NCBI GenBank assembly: GCA_033442325.1
Contig: JAWQFM010000015.1
Coordinates: 1,338,858 to 1,402,857 of the forward strand
Direction of reading: 5' to 3'
From: Salpingoeca rosetta
Lineage: Eukaryota; Protista; Choanoflagellata
DNA length: 64,000 bases
Shown here: in pieces, positions 42,910 to 55,309 of the stretch
Layout: each line of letters opens with the position of its first letter
How positions within the stretch are numbered: position 1 is the stretch's first letter
The notes under the pieces: model-generated
What the model saw: only the letters and a program-made list of their open reading frames with translations
The model's database searches: none
What the model was told of the DNA's origin: nothing
Position numbers and translations under genes: made by a program

Positions 42910-44702
42910 TTACTTGTCGATGATGGCTGAGGCCACGGGCTTGAAGCCGTGGTCGGACAGGAGTTGGTTGAACGCGCCAACGGCTGCGTGATAGAGCCGC
43001 TCGTCCTCCTGGTCGTGGTGCTCGTTCAACACGCGCCATTCCGATGCCGGCAGCACCTGCTTCTCCGCAGGCGCATCAAATGCCACTTGCGTGTACGGCG
43101 GTGCAGGGTGAAGTTCCTTTGCTCCTTTGTTCGGTTGTGCATCTTTGGTCCTTGCGGAGGATGCCTCGTGTGTGGTATCAGCATCGCCAGTGTCACTACT
43201 GCTGCTGCTGCTGCGGCTGTACTGGTTGTCCGTGAAGGCCTCCAGCTCCGCCATGTGCATGCGAACGCCAAACATGCGGTGGAAGAGGCACGCGGTTGCG
43301 TTTGGGTGCTCGTGGATGCCGACAAAGGGGAGATTGGTGACGACGTTTGCCTTGGCCCGCGGCAGCCAGCGCTCAAGCCGCTGCACGTGCACGCCGCACG
43401 GCATGCCAACGGCCATGCGTGTCTGGCACCCGGCAACGCCTGGGAAGTTGGCAAAGCTCTCCAATGTCTGCGTTACTTGCGCCATGCGCGCGTGTTCGGC
43501 ATCCGACATGCCGGGCACCAGCCTGAGGGGAGAAAGGGTGGTGGTATTGATGGACGGGGCGGGGAATTGTGAAAGGACTCCGATGTGAGGAAGTGTAAGA
43601 GGTAGTGTGTGAGAATGCGTGTGAGAAAACGTGTGCGTGAGACGGGATATCGGGCACGCGGCACATTGGAGAACGGGCGTTGCGCACCTGTCTTCGTTGT
43701 AGGCAGCAAGGAGCCGTTGGCGAGGATGGCGGAACACGGCTACGGTGGCCCTGCGTACATGGGTGTGTGTATGTGTGCGATAGAGTTTGATTATGGGAGG
43801 GGGACGCAGGTGCGGTCAAATACAAGCAGATGTATGTGTGGATGCGCACACGTGCATGTACTCACGCGTGCGTGGCGTTGGTGAGGCCGGTAAAGTCTTC
43901 AGCGCCGTCCACAGCACCTGCGATTGGAAAAATGATGTACATAAGTGTGAATGGGAATAGCATGGAGTCCCGTGTTGCATGCATGCAAGCAATACGATGT
44001 GAGCGAGGTTTGAACAGGTCGACACACGCTCACACAGCACACAAACACATGAGTACACACACACACACACACACACACACGCGCGCGCGCGCACATGAGT
44101 ACGCACAAACACATGAGTACACACAACACACGCACACACACACACACACACACAACACGCACACACCCACCCACCCACACAACACACGCACACACACACA
44201 TACGCACAAAAGCACACACCGAGGAACTGGGTTGGGCATTTTGCATCCTCATCGCCGTCGTTGCATTCACTATTGACACAGGATTGGAAGCACGAACTGA
44301 ATAGAATCGGACGCAGAAAGACAAAGAGCACAGCATTAGAGCGTGGAGGATGAACGGTGTCATATATGGTGTGTTACAGGTCAGGCAAAGAGCGATCATC
44401 ACGGCAAGTATACATGCATGCTGGCATGCAGGTTGAGTACACTCACGAGCAAGAGTGGACGGGGTGGCGTGTGTTCCCGGACGGCTGCGTGTGCTGAGGT
44501 GGTCGGCATGCCTGCTGCCGCAACACAGCCTGCATGAAGTCTCCTGCCCTGTGTCGTGTGGGAAGGAGGTGCGTAGGAGGTGTGGAGGACGGCGGAGGAG
44601 GTTGAACAACATGAGAGGGGGACATGGGAAGGTGGCATGCGCGAGGTGAAACAGTGTGCATGTAACAGGGAGTGTGTGAGAGAGAGAGACAGAGACAGGG
44701 AC

Positions 44703-44733
<31 letters not shown>

Positions 44734-45535
44734 GACAGACAGAGAGAGTGACAGGAGAGAGAGACAGAGAGAGACAGAGACAGAGACAGAGACAGAGACA
44801 GAGACAGAGACAGAGGCACTCACTCACACACACAGATCCACACACACACACACACATACACATCACATCACACGCATCACATCACACGCATCACATCACA
44901 CGCATCACACACACACACACACAGATCCACACACACACACACACACATCATTGCATGCATGCATGGAAAAGCGCGTACATTGGAACGTGTAGCCATCGCA
45001 CTGCAGAGACGGAGGTGGGAGCAAGCTCATCAAGGATGCTCGGGCGACCTGCACTGTTGCTGTTGTCAGCAGCTGATGGGGATGATTTAAAGTACGGCCA
45101 GCACATGGCTGTGAAGGCTGGGTCGTGAAAGTCGCGCACAGGCGCGTGGCTGCCGCGGTAGGACACGACGGCGAACGACGGCTCCAGTTCCTTGAGCAAG
45201 CGCTCGTGATCGCCCTTGGTTGCCGTGAGCGGAGCGCACAGGCAGTCCAGGCAGTCTGCTGGGAACGCGTGCACGGCGACAGCCTCGCGTGCCTCGCTGC
45301 TGATAGCACCCGCTTTCGCATTGGTCAATAGCGCCTCGGAGAACTTGATCTGCATGGTCCGTGGCGGCGAGGAGCACTTACCGCCCAGACACTGCAGCTC
45401 CGGGCGGCACGCGCACATGCCGTCGTGCACGAAGATGGCATTCTCAGGGCACGGCACCCCCACCACACCGCCAAGCAAGGCAGTGAGGGTGGCGGCGAGC
45501 AGCACAGGCATCGAAGAGGAGAGAGTCATCATCAT
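42910..45535 (-). CDS. secretory-pathway sulfotransferase-like protein with Cys-rich N-terminal module; PAPS motifs degenerate
   Basis: Signal peptide (MPVLLAATLTALLGGVVG), Cys cluster, VRWLHVPMAGDF (5'PSB position), MFRHPRQRLLAAY (3'PB position), GCQTRM, FVGIHEH..TACLFH, DERLYHAA..F. Confidence 0.65.
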
Positions 45536-45575
45536 TGTTGTTGGTTGTGTGAGTGTGCAAACGATTTTCGGTGAG

Positions 45576-46844
45576 ATGCATGACTGCTCGAACAGCTTCA
45601 TGTCAATGCACGTGATGAGGAGGAGATGCCTGCAGGCACGTGAGGCACCTGTGGTGCTTGTGGTTTTGTGTGCGGCGGTGTTGTGCGTCGGAGGTTGTAT
45701 CGGGGAGGTTGTACTGCTGGAGGACGAAGCAGGCACCTTGCACATCAACACGAGTGACCCGGCAACGCAGCATGTGGTGGTGAACGGCGTGAACGTGGAC
45801 ACGCTGTTTCGTGCGGTGGAGACGCTGATGGCGACGGTCTCGGCGCAGCAGAACACCATTGATGCGCTCTGCCAAGTGAAGGTTCGAGCGAAGACGTTCG
45901 GGCAGCTTGAAGCACAGTCCACCAAGTGGACTGGCGGTGCGCTGGCTGACAACGGGTTGATCTATGCCGTGCCCTACAGCTCGCCCTCTGTGCTCATCAT
46001 CGATCCGAGCACGAACACTGCCGACACTACCACCATCTCCAACCTTGGCAACGATCTCGGCAAGTGGGCCGGTGCCGTCCGAGCTCACAACGGCCTCATC
46101 TACATGTTTCCATCCTTAAGGACAACGATGTTGATTGTTGATCCCGACACCAACGTGGCCGACACGACCAGCATCCAGTCGCTCGGCACGACGAGCGGAA
46201 AGTGGTTCAGCGGCGTGGTGGCGGACAACGGGCTCGTCTTTGGCGTCCCTCTTTCGGCAACGTCTGTGCTGATCATCGACCCAGAGACCAACTCAGCTGA
46301 CACCACCACTCTTGGTGGTCTGGAGCCCGGTTCCAACCAGTGGTACGGTGCTGTGCAGGCTGCCAACAACCTCATCTACTGCACTCCCATCGCAGCCACG
46401 TCTGTTCTCATCATCAACCCGGACTCCCTTGTCATGGATCTGACCACCATCAGCGGGTTGGGCGCAGGGGGAGTCTACAAGTGGATCGGAGCCGTGCTTG
46501 CAGGCAACGGGCTCGTCTATGGCATCCCATATGGGTCCTCATCAGCCCTGATCATTGACCCAAGAACCAATGCAACAGACACGACGACCATCAGCGGGCT
46601 CGCTGGATCACGCAAGTGGATCGGTGGCGTGCGTGCACCCAATGGCAAGATCGTTGGCATTCCGCACTATTCCCCCTCCGTCCTCATCTTTGATCCAAAC
46701 ACCAACAGCACGGATACGACGGCCATCAACGACCTCACTGGTGGAAACGCAAAGTGGTATGATGGAGTTCTCGCACCTAACGGCCTCGTGTACTGCATCC
46801 CATCAAGCGCTGAGACAGTTCTTGTCATTGATCCAGGGTGCTGA
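45576..46844 (+). CDS. intronless secreted 7-bladed beta-propeller repeat protein with N-terminal coiled coil
   Basis: Hydrophobic signal VVLVVLCAAVLCVGGCIG, then seven ~46 aa repeats KWxGxVxAxNGxxYxxPxxxxxVLIIDPxTNxxDTTTIxxL from 45924 to the stop. Start is one of 45576, 45600, 45606 or 45615. Confidence 0.85.
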   Translation: MHDCSNSFMSMHVMRRRCLQAREAPVVLVVLCAAVLCVGGCIGEVVLLEDEAGTLHINTSDPATQHVVVNGVNVDTLFRAVETLMATVSAQQNTIDALCQVKVRAKTFGQLEAQSTKWTGGALADNGLIYAVPYSSPSVLIIDPSTNTADTTTISNLGNDLGKWAGAVRAHNGLIYMFPSLRTTMLIVDPDTNVADTTSIQSLGTTSGKWFSGVVADNGLVFGVPLSATSVLIIDPETNSADTTTLGGLEPGSNQWYGAVQAANNLIYCTPIAATSVLIINPDSLVMDLTTISGLGAGGVYKWIGAVLAGNGLVYGIPYGSSSALIIDPRTNATDTTTISGLAGSRKWIGGVRAPNGKIVGIPHYSPSVLIFDPNTNSTDTTAINDLTGGNAKWYDGVLAPNGLVYCIPSSAETVLVIDPGC

Positions 46845-46894
46845 CACGAGATGGGGAGGGGGGGAGGGCTGGGGTAGGGGTGGGAAAGGGGTAT

Positions 46895-46962
<68 letters not shown>

Positions 46963-47403
46963 TGTCTGTGTGTCTGTCTGTGTGGGTGTCGATGTTTCTG
47001 GACTCGCTTGACATGCATTGTGAGTTTGCTCTGCTTCAGCATTGCCATGTACTTGGCATCGGTTACACGCATCGGATAGACGACAGTAACAAGAGGAATA
47101 AACGAGTGCGAATGAACATGAAAAGCGCCTCCAAGACGCACACACTTACGTGCAGGCACACGCATACACAAACACAAACATACAACCACAAACATACGCA
47201 CACACATACACACACATGAACACACACACAAACACAAACACACACACACACAAACATACACACAAACACACACACACACACACAACACACACACAAACAC
47301 ACACATATGCACGCACGTACAAACACACACACACACACACACTTGCACGCACATACAAACACACAGACATGCATACCCTCCCCCCCCCAAGTTTCACTGA
47401 GCA

Positions 47404-49066
47404 CTACGCGTTGCTGCTCTTGACGGCGCTGCTGCCACTGGTGCTGGTGCTGCGTTGCCTGTCCTTTAGCTGGCGCCTGTGCTCGCAGGCGGGGCAGATG
47501 CCGCTTGCCGCTGCGTGGAAGCAGTGGTGGTGGAAGACGCAACGACACACGGCGCACTTGTGCGTGTCCGGCTGGAACGAAAACAGGGTGTCATCGGAGT
47601 GGCACACCCTGCACACGTGGCCTTTGCTCTTGCACAGGACGCACCTGCGCGTGATGTGCTCCTCGCAGTCCTGCACACACTTCTCCACCACCTTCAGCAG
47701 CTTGCCTGCATGCAAGGCCACCAGGTCGCGCATGGAGTACATGTGTTCTGCGTCCGCGTCGAGAAAGTGGCGGTGGCCCTGCAGCGGAAGCAGGATCCGG
47801 GCCTCCGGCAGGCGGCGGCACGTCAGCAGGAACGACGACATGTGTGCCAGCGTGGCCCTGAACCCCGCCAGCTCCCGCAGGTCCTCCACGTGCCGGAAGA
47901 GGGACGGATTCAGGCGCCGGATTTCCAGCAGCGGCAGGTCGTGGGTGGCCGCCAGCACCTCCGATGCCTGCAGGCACACGGGCATGTCGGCAAACTGCCA
48001 CGACCGCACGACGCGCGCAGGGGTGACGGCGCGCTGGTCATGGTGGCACGTGCTGCAGTAGTGCTGGCCCGTGTAGTCGCACAGCTTGGGCGGCGCCAAC
48101 AGCGGCTGGTGGCCAATGTGGGTGCCGCACCCGGCGCACTTGTAGTCCTGTGCGCAGAGCCCGTCGTCGGGGCAGATGGCGGTGGTGAGGCGTGCAAGGT
48201 CAGCCCGGCCGCCAACGCAGGGGCGGGCCACGTACGTGTGGCAGCGCTTGTGGACGTTCATGCGGCAGCGGCAGCAGCGGAGGCGGCGAGAGGGCTTGAG
48301 TGCCGTCTTGAGCGGCCGGGAGCACACGGCACAGTCGCCCGCGCACTTGGGCAGAATGTAGAATTCGTGGCCATTGTGCTCAAAGGGCACGGTACTCTGC
48401 GGTTCTTCGTCCACGAGTACGTCAACAGCGTGTGCCAACTGCTCATCAACACCGTGGTCGCGTCGCTTCCCCGACACGGTCCGCTGCCGAGGCGACGACA
48501 CCGATCGCACCATTGTAGCAGATGACGACGGTGATGCATGGCGGGCTTGATGCTGCTGCTGCTGATGGGGGTGTTGGTGGTGCTGCTGATGATGGTGGTG
48601 TTGGTGGTGGTGTTGTGGGTGGTGCTGTGGGTGCTGGCGTTGGTGAGTGGACGTTGTGCTGAGGGGGGAGACATCGCGCGGGCGGTGTTGCTGGTGGTGC
48701 TGGTGTGGATGCGATGTGCTTCCGATGGAGTGAGTGGCGCTTGTGAATGAGCCGAGGCTGTGGCGGTCTTCGTATGTCCGTCCCTGCACAACTGCCGTTG
48801 CAGCTGTTGCCGCTGTCGCTGGGATGGCGCCGTGTGCATCGTCGTTGGTGTTGTCGTCGTCGGCCATCATCACTTCCTCAAACCTGATGGATTGGCATGT
48901 GTGTGTGTGTGTGGGGGGGGGATGTGACGTTAGCTTGTGGGGTTGACAGAGGGCGAATGGGAGGGTGAATGGGAGGGGTATATGGCAGGGTATATGGCAG
49001 GGTGAACGGGAGGGTATATGGGGGGGGGGGGGGGTGAATGGGAGGGTTAAGGCGAGCATTTCAAGA

Positions 49067-49140
<74 letters not shown>

Positions 49141-49820
49141 TCACTGTTGTGACGCACATGCGGTAGAAGCTGCCGGCTGCACTTCGGCCCTCCACGGGCG
49201 TGTTGTCCGCTGTTGTTGTTGCGTCGCTCTCAATGTCCAGTGCAAGCGGGACGTCAACGAGACGACTGTCACCGCCACCAGCAGAGATCAGCGCGCCAGG
49301 GTCGTGGTCGTGGCGGTGGCGGCTCAGTCCTGCCGCTGGTGTTGGCGTGTCGATGTCGTCGTGTGTGATGATCTCAAACCCGTCAAAGCTCGTGTCTGCT
49401 TGGTCTGTGCTCGTGGTCGCAAGAGGTGTTGGAGTGAGCGCCGTGCTGGCACCCCCGGTATTGTTGTTGTCATCTCTGTCAACTCGCACTTGTTGTTGTT
49501 GTTGTTGTAGGTCTGCTTGGTTGCTGGTGTTGTCGTCTTGTTTGCGTTGATGTCGCTCCACAACTTCTTCGCTGTGTTCCTCGTTCGCTTCTTTCTTTGC
49601 TGCTTCTGCTTCTACTTCACTGTGCTCCTCTTCACCTTGGTTTCGTTGTTGTTGTGCTGTCACGACACTCGTTGCAATGCCATCGCTCGTCAGAGCACTC
49701 TCTGTTGCGCTCACGTCACGTTCATCACAAACCGCCACTTCTTGTACAGCGCCTGTACTCTGTCCTGCATTCACTGCAGGGCTGGTGGTGTGATCACTTG
49801 CTGCGGCAGTCGCGCCTTTG

Positions 49821-49881
<61 letters not shown>

Positions 49882-50772
49882 GCTGTTGTTGTTGTTGTTG
49901 TTGCTGTTGTTGTTGTTGTTGTTGCTGTTGTTGTTGTTGTTGTTGTGTCTCTGGCTGCGCTCGGGCCTGTTCTTCTTCGTCTTCTCTTCCCTGTTCCTTT
50001 GCCTCCCCTTTCCCATGGTGTTCCTTTGCTTCTTCTTCTTGCCCACGTTCCGTTTCCTCGTCTTGTCCACGTTCTCCCGCTGAGGTTTCTTCTTCGTCCT
50101 CTCCGCCTTCTTGCTCGTGCGCGTGTGTTGGCGAGCCAAGTTCGTTGACACCTTGCAGGTGATGTGTGCTCCCTACATCACCTCGTTCATCACCACCATC
50201 ACCACCGCCACCATCACCAGCGTCACTGTCTGCCGTGCGCTCATCACCCGTGACTGTGATTCGCTGCTCGCCACCATCACCACCATCTTCACCAGCGTCA
50301 CGGCCGTCACCGTCACAGCTGTGCACGTTGCGTGCAGCCGTGGTGGCGTGCGAGTGGGCGTCACTCGCCGCGTCCTTTGCTGTGTCGCGTTCATGCTCCG
50401 CTCCCTGCCAAGCCAAAGGCAGACACGGAGGGCAGCATCAGCAGCGCCAACAAGCGTTGTTGAGGACACACGTGCGCGGCAGACGTGCAAACAAGCTTCC
50501 AAATGCAACACGGACACACACACATACACACACATGGACAAGCGTGTGCACACGGACAGACACAAGTGCACACACACACACGGACAAGCGCGAGCCAACG
50601 GACAGACACACACACACACGGACAAGCGCGAGCAAACGGACAGACACAAGTGCACAAGCAAACGGACACGACGGTATTGTTTGGTGGGCATATGTGACAT
50701 TGCCGTACCTTCTTGGAGTGCGGTGGTTTTGGTTTCTTCTTCTGCTTCTTCTTTGCCTTTGTTTTCTTGCGC

Positions 50773-50803
<31 letters not shown>

Positions 50804-51369
50804 CTGCCCGTTTGACTTTGTGCGCGCACGTCACGTATACGCAGAGACGTGGCGGTATTGAAGGAGAAGTGATGAGGGTGTGGGGTGAGGCGTATTTGTG
50901 TTGGGGGGGGGGATGGGAAGGAAAGCAAACACCACATAGTTCATTCAAGTGTGCTGGGTGGAACAGCATCCCTGCAAGTGATTGCCATCAGTGTGAATGG
51001 CCACAGCCAATGCCGCCATCAACACCATCAACACAACCATCAACACCATCAACACAACCATCAACACCATCAACACAACCATCAACACCACCACTATCAG
51101 CACCACATCAGCACACCAGCAGCACCACGCTTTCCTCTTCATCTGATGCTCATCACACCTGGTGTCGGTGGCGAGTGCATCATGACGAGCTCCTGCTGTG
51201 CTGCGCGCGGTGTTGGCGCCACGTCCAATGAACTGTCATCCACACTCCTATTTCATTCCGTGGGCAGAGGAGGGGGGGGGGGTTGGTTGGTTGGGTTGGA
51301 ATAGTGAAGGGGGGGACAAGTGAATGGGTCAGGGGTGGTGAAGAGAGGTGGAATTCGCCGACAGAAGCA

Positions 51370-51464
<95 letters not shown>

Positions 51465-51629
51465 TCTGAAAGGTGGTGAAGCTGAGGCCTGCGAGGAGGG
51501 TTTCAAACTTGGTTGCCTGTTCTTCATCCCGCATATACGCATACGTCTCATATACATCCCTATGCACACACACACGCACACACACACATACACACATACA
51601 CGCACGCACACACACACACACACACATGC

Positions 51630-51682
<53 letters not shown>

Positions 51683-52762
51683 TAAATGCAGTGAGGCGAG
51701 TGATTGGTTGGTGTTGTGGGAGTCAAAGAAGCAAGCGGTGTCGCACCGCGCACGCGAAACACCTACTCCATGAGCGACGTGTCGTGCAGGAGGGCGTGCA
51801 CGTAGCTCTCCACTGCAAGCGACAATGCGGAGAGACGACGATGCATCACGGTTCACCGATTACACCGATGTGGACCAGCATTATCATAGCAGTAGCGCGT
51901 TGAATTATGAATGTGCCGTTCGGGGAGAGAAAGGGACACAAAGGTACAAGTACACACAACCACAGCACATACACACACATACACATACACACATACACAC
52001 ACAGCACACACAGCACATACACAGCACAGCACATACACACGCACACACACGAGAGCGCGCAGCGTACGGGCGTTCTCGTTGAGGGCGAGTCTGATCCACG
52101 CACGCACACGGGCGGCGTCGCTGTTTGCGTGAGCAAGGCTGCAGATGTTGCAGTACATCCATCGTGATGTGGGAATGCGCTCACATGAGTCAGGTCACGT
52201 GGTGACGGCGCGGGTCATGTCAAGCATGTGGGGAAAGCGTCGAGCACAGGACACGTGCAGACGCAGCAGGTGAAGCAGCTGCTCAACACACACGGCTTCA
52301 CGTTCACAAAATCTCTCTTGCAGCGAATGTGCACGCACCGCTTGATCTCGTTGACGACGTCCTTGTGTGAGATCACAGCGGCTGCGCGCCAGAAGGTGGG
52401 CTCGCCCGCGTGCCACGGTATCTGCGCAAGTGATTGAGTGAACAATGAGCACTCAAGCAGGAAGGTGGTGTCGGGAATTGTTCACGGTGGCATCGCGCGC
52501 CATGTTTTCGAGAGGGCTTCCACCTCGATTACGTGTCTGGTGGCTGCCCCCTTTGATAGTGTAACATATGGTTTACCTTGAGGCCGTGGCACAGTACACG
52601 CTCGATGGCCGAGCACAGGCGCATCGACTCTGGGGTGGACCGGATCGCAACATCGCCCGCCACGCTCACCTGTGGCGTTCCAGAGGGTGTGCGAGTGAGT
52701 TAGTGTGGGTGGGTGAGTGAGTGGGTGGGTGTGCGTGTGGGTGGGTGAGCGAGTGGGTGTGT

Positions 52763-52799
<37 letters not shown>

Positions 52800-53177
52800 T
52801 GTGTGTGAGTGAGTGTGGGTGAGTGTGGGTGAGTGAGTGAGTGGGTTTGCGTGTGGGTTCGTGTGCGTGTGTGTTAGTGAACGACACAAGCAGTCATGCA
52901 ACCAAGCACAGAAGGGGAGAGGAAGGGAAAGGGGAAGGGATGAGCAGGCAGGCGCACACTCTCACGCTCCACACACACACGCACGCACACGCACACACAC
53001 ACACACACACACATCCATCACACAGCACATCACAACATCACACACCGATTGGACGGCCTGTTTGACTTCAACGAAGATGGCCTCCTTCTCGTTTGCGTAG
53101 GCGCTGTCGTCGACGCGTTCACCAGAGGACGCCGCCACCTTCTCCTTCACGCGATCCAGCCACCTGCCAAACTCCAT
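47404..53177 (-). CDS. RUN + C1 + Rubicon-homology (RH) protein, PLEKHM1/DEF8/Rubicon family
   Basis: RUN motifs RLCSAIERVLCHGLK, PTFW, RVRAWIRLALNE, RDEEQ..LLAGL; C1 HEF..CAVC..CCRCRMNVHKRC..C; RH GLCAQDYKCAGC, CDYTGQHYCSTCH, PARVVRSWQF, HITRRCVLCKSKGHVCRVC, CAVCRCVFHHHC..CPAC. Confidence 0.88.
51017..51092. repeat. 21 bp tandem repeat (CATCAACACCATCAACACAAC) about 3.5 copies, intronic
   Basis: Directly visible. Confidence 0.8.
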
Positions 53178-53179
53178 GT

Positions 53180-53255
53180 TGCTTGGTCGCTTGCTTGGTC
53201 GCTTGCTTGGTCGCTGGCTTGGTCGCTTGCTTGGTCGCTTGCTTGTCGCTGGCTT
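53180..53255. repeat. ~12 bp tandem repeat (GCTTGGTCGCTT) about 6 copies in a divergent intergenic/5' UTR region
   Basis: Directly visible, immediately upstream of the ATG at 53177. Confidence 0.85.
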
Positions 53256-53414
53256 GCGAGGAACAGCGGTGCCCGCAAACACAAACACAAAAGAGTGTGC
53301 TGTTGTGCTGTTGTGCTGCTGCTGGTTGATTGTCGTCCTATGGGTGCCGAAATTTGAACGTATTTTTTCTATTTTTCCACAACACGGTCTTGAGCGACTA
53401 CAGGCGAAAAGACG

Positions 53415-53909
53415 ATGAACGCAGCTCGCGGTTTGCAAGCGCTTGTGCGAGGTGCGTGTGTGTGTGCGTGCGTGTGTTCGCGTGCGTGTGTGCGTGTGTG
53501 TGTGCGTGTGTTGTGAGTGTAATGTGTGTGTGTGCGTATGTGTGTTGTGAGTGTGTTGTGTGTGTTGTGTGCATGTGCGTATACACATATGCGTGTTGTA
53601 TGTGTATGTGCGGAAACAAGTGTGTGCGTGAGATTACCGTCAAGTCACCACTCGTTCCTGGCTGTTGGTTCGTTGGATGCACTCACATGTGCTTGCGCGA
53701 ACGCTCACACACGCTCAATCCTCTCTGTCTTGCTTTGGTTTTCACAAACAGGCGCACGCTCCGTGCGTGCTGTGCGCTCCGTGCACACAGCTACCTCCCG
53801 CGCCATGTCCCACCCTGACCGCATGATTGACCCCACTTACCCCGAAGTTGTTGACAAGTCCGCACAGGTGTGTGTGTGTGTTGAGTGAGAGAGAGAGAGA
53901 GAGAGAGAG

Positions 53910-53940
<31 letters not shown>

Positions 53941-54604
53941 GCATGTGCGTGTTGAGTGAGTGTGTGTGTATTTTGGCGTGCTCGCCACTGGCGCCACAAA
54001 CGTGTTGCGTCTTTGTGGTGTCGTGCTGCTTGCTCTTGCTTTGCTTGTGATGGCTCATTTGCTGCTGTGCTGACGTGTTCTTCTCTCTTCGCTCCATCCC
54101 GGCATCGTTTCGCCTTGCAGTTGAAAGAGCCGTTTGGCTATTGGAACTCGCAAGACCGTCGCAACTTCAACGATCCCCTTGACGAGGATGATGACATCAA
54201 GACCATGTGGGTCGTGGACGAGCAAGCCGCCAACGGCCGCGTCTCCCCGTACGTATCAGCACCAGGGAGGGAGAGGGCGGTGAGGGGGGGGGCAAATGTG
54301 TGTGTGTGTGTGTGTGTGTGTGTGTTGAGATGCTTGCGTGCGTGTGTGCGTACGTGTGTGTGTGTGTGTATGTGTGTGTGTGTGTGTTTGCGGGGGTGAG
54401 TGTGTGTGTGTGTGTTGGGATGCTTGTGTGTTTGCATGTGTGTGTTTGCGGGGGTGAGTGTGTCAATATGTGTTTGTGGAGTAATTCCTCACGGGCGCGC
54501 ATGCGTCCATTGCTTCTCTGCTTCTGCTGCTCACGCTTTCAACACGCTTTGTTCAACTGTCCTATCACCACATTGCCCGCACACACACACACACGCACAC
54601 ACAC

Positions 54605-54645
<41 letters not shown>

Positions 54646-55073
54646 CACACACGCACACACACACACACACACGCACAGCTCGTCTGCACTTCTCCAGCTG
54701 CTTGGCGTCTTTGGCCTGCTCACGGCCGTGTACATGCTCGCCAAGGCCCGCGACCCCGAGGACAAGAAGCCCGTGGTGCGTAGTGTTGTATTTTGTTGTG
54801 TGCGTGTTGCGTTGTGTTGTATGCAGGGTTTGCTTGGTTGCACCCGCTTACGTGAGCCAATACGGGTCTGGGATGTAAGCGCTGCAAACGCTGTTCGTCT
54901 CCCCTGCGTCTCCTCTTACACCCCCATTTGCATCTCACATCACGTCATCATCACTCACCACAACCCCCTCCCCCCCCCCTCTCTCTCTCCTTCACCCTCT
55001 GCCGCCCCTCGCACCACCACAGAAGAGCCGCGAGTTCCCGCTCAACCCCGAGGCCGCAGCACGGCGCTCATAA
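53415..55073 (+). CDS. NDUFB8: NADH dehydrogenase complex I subunit B8 (ASHI), mitochondrial
   Basis: Five exons: Arg-rich presequence [54 protein letters not shown], one TM ([14 protein letters not shown]), KPVKSREFP, TAA 55071-55073. Confidence 0.8.
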
Positions 55074-55265
55074 CCGTCGCCTCCGCCCCCCCCACATCCA
55101 TTCATCTTACTTCCATGTCCTTCCCCCCCTTCGTGCTATTGTTTTTGAACAGGTGTCGTCTTGTGTTAAGTTGTGTATGAACACGTGTACGAACATGTGT
55201 ATGTGTGTGTGATTTGTGTGTACTTTTGCGTGTGAGTGTGTGTGTGTGTGTGTTGTGTGTGTGTG

Positions 55266-55309
<44 letters not shown>

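Noticed and set aside
45216-45575. 5' extension of the propeller ORF
   Set aside because: Begins at a non-ATG codon and overlaps the sulfotransferase-like exon antisense; the signal peptide starts only after ~45615.
45924-46844. CRISPR-like or non-coding repeat array
   Set aside because: The ~138 bp periodicity is conserved at protein level with synonymous variation; no fixed DNA repeat with spacers and no cas genes.
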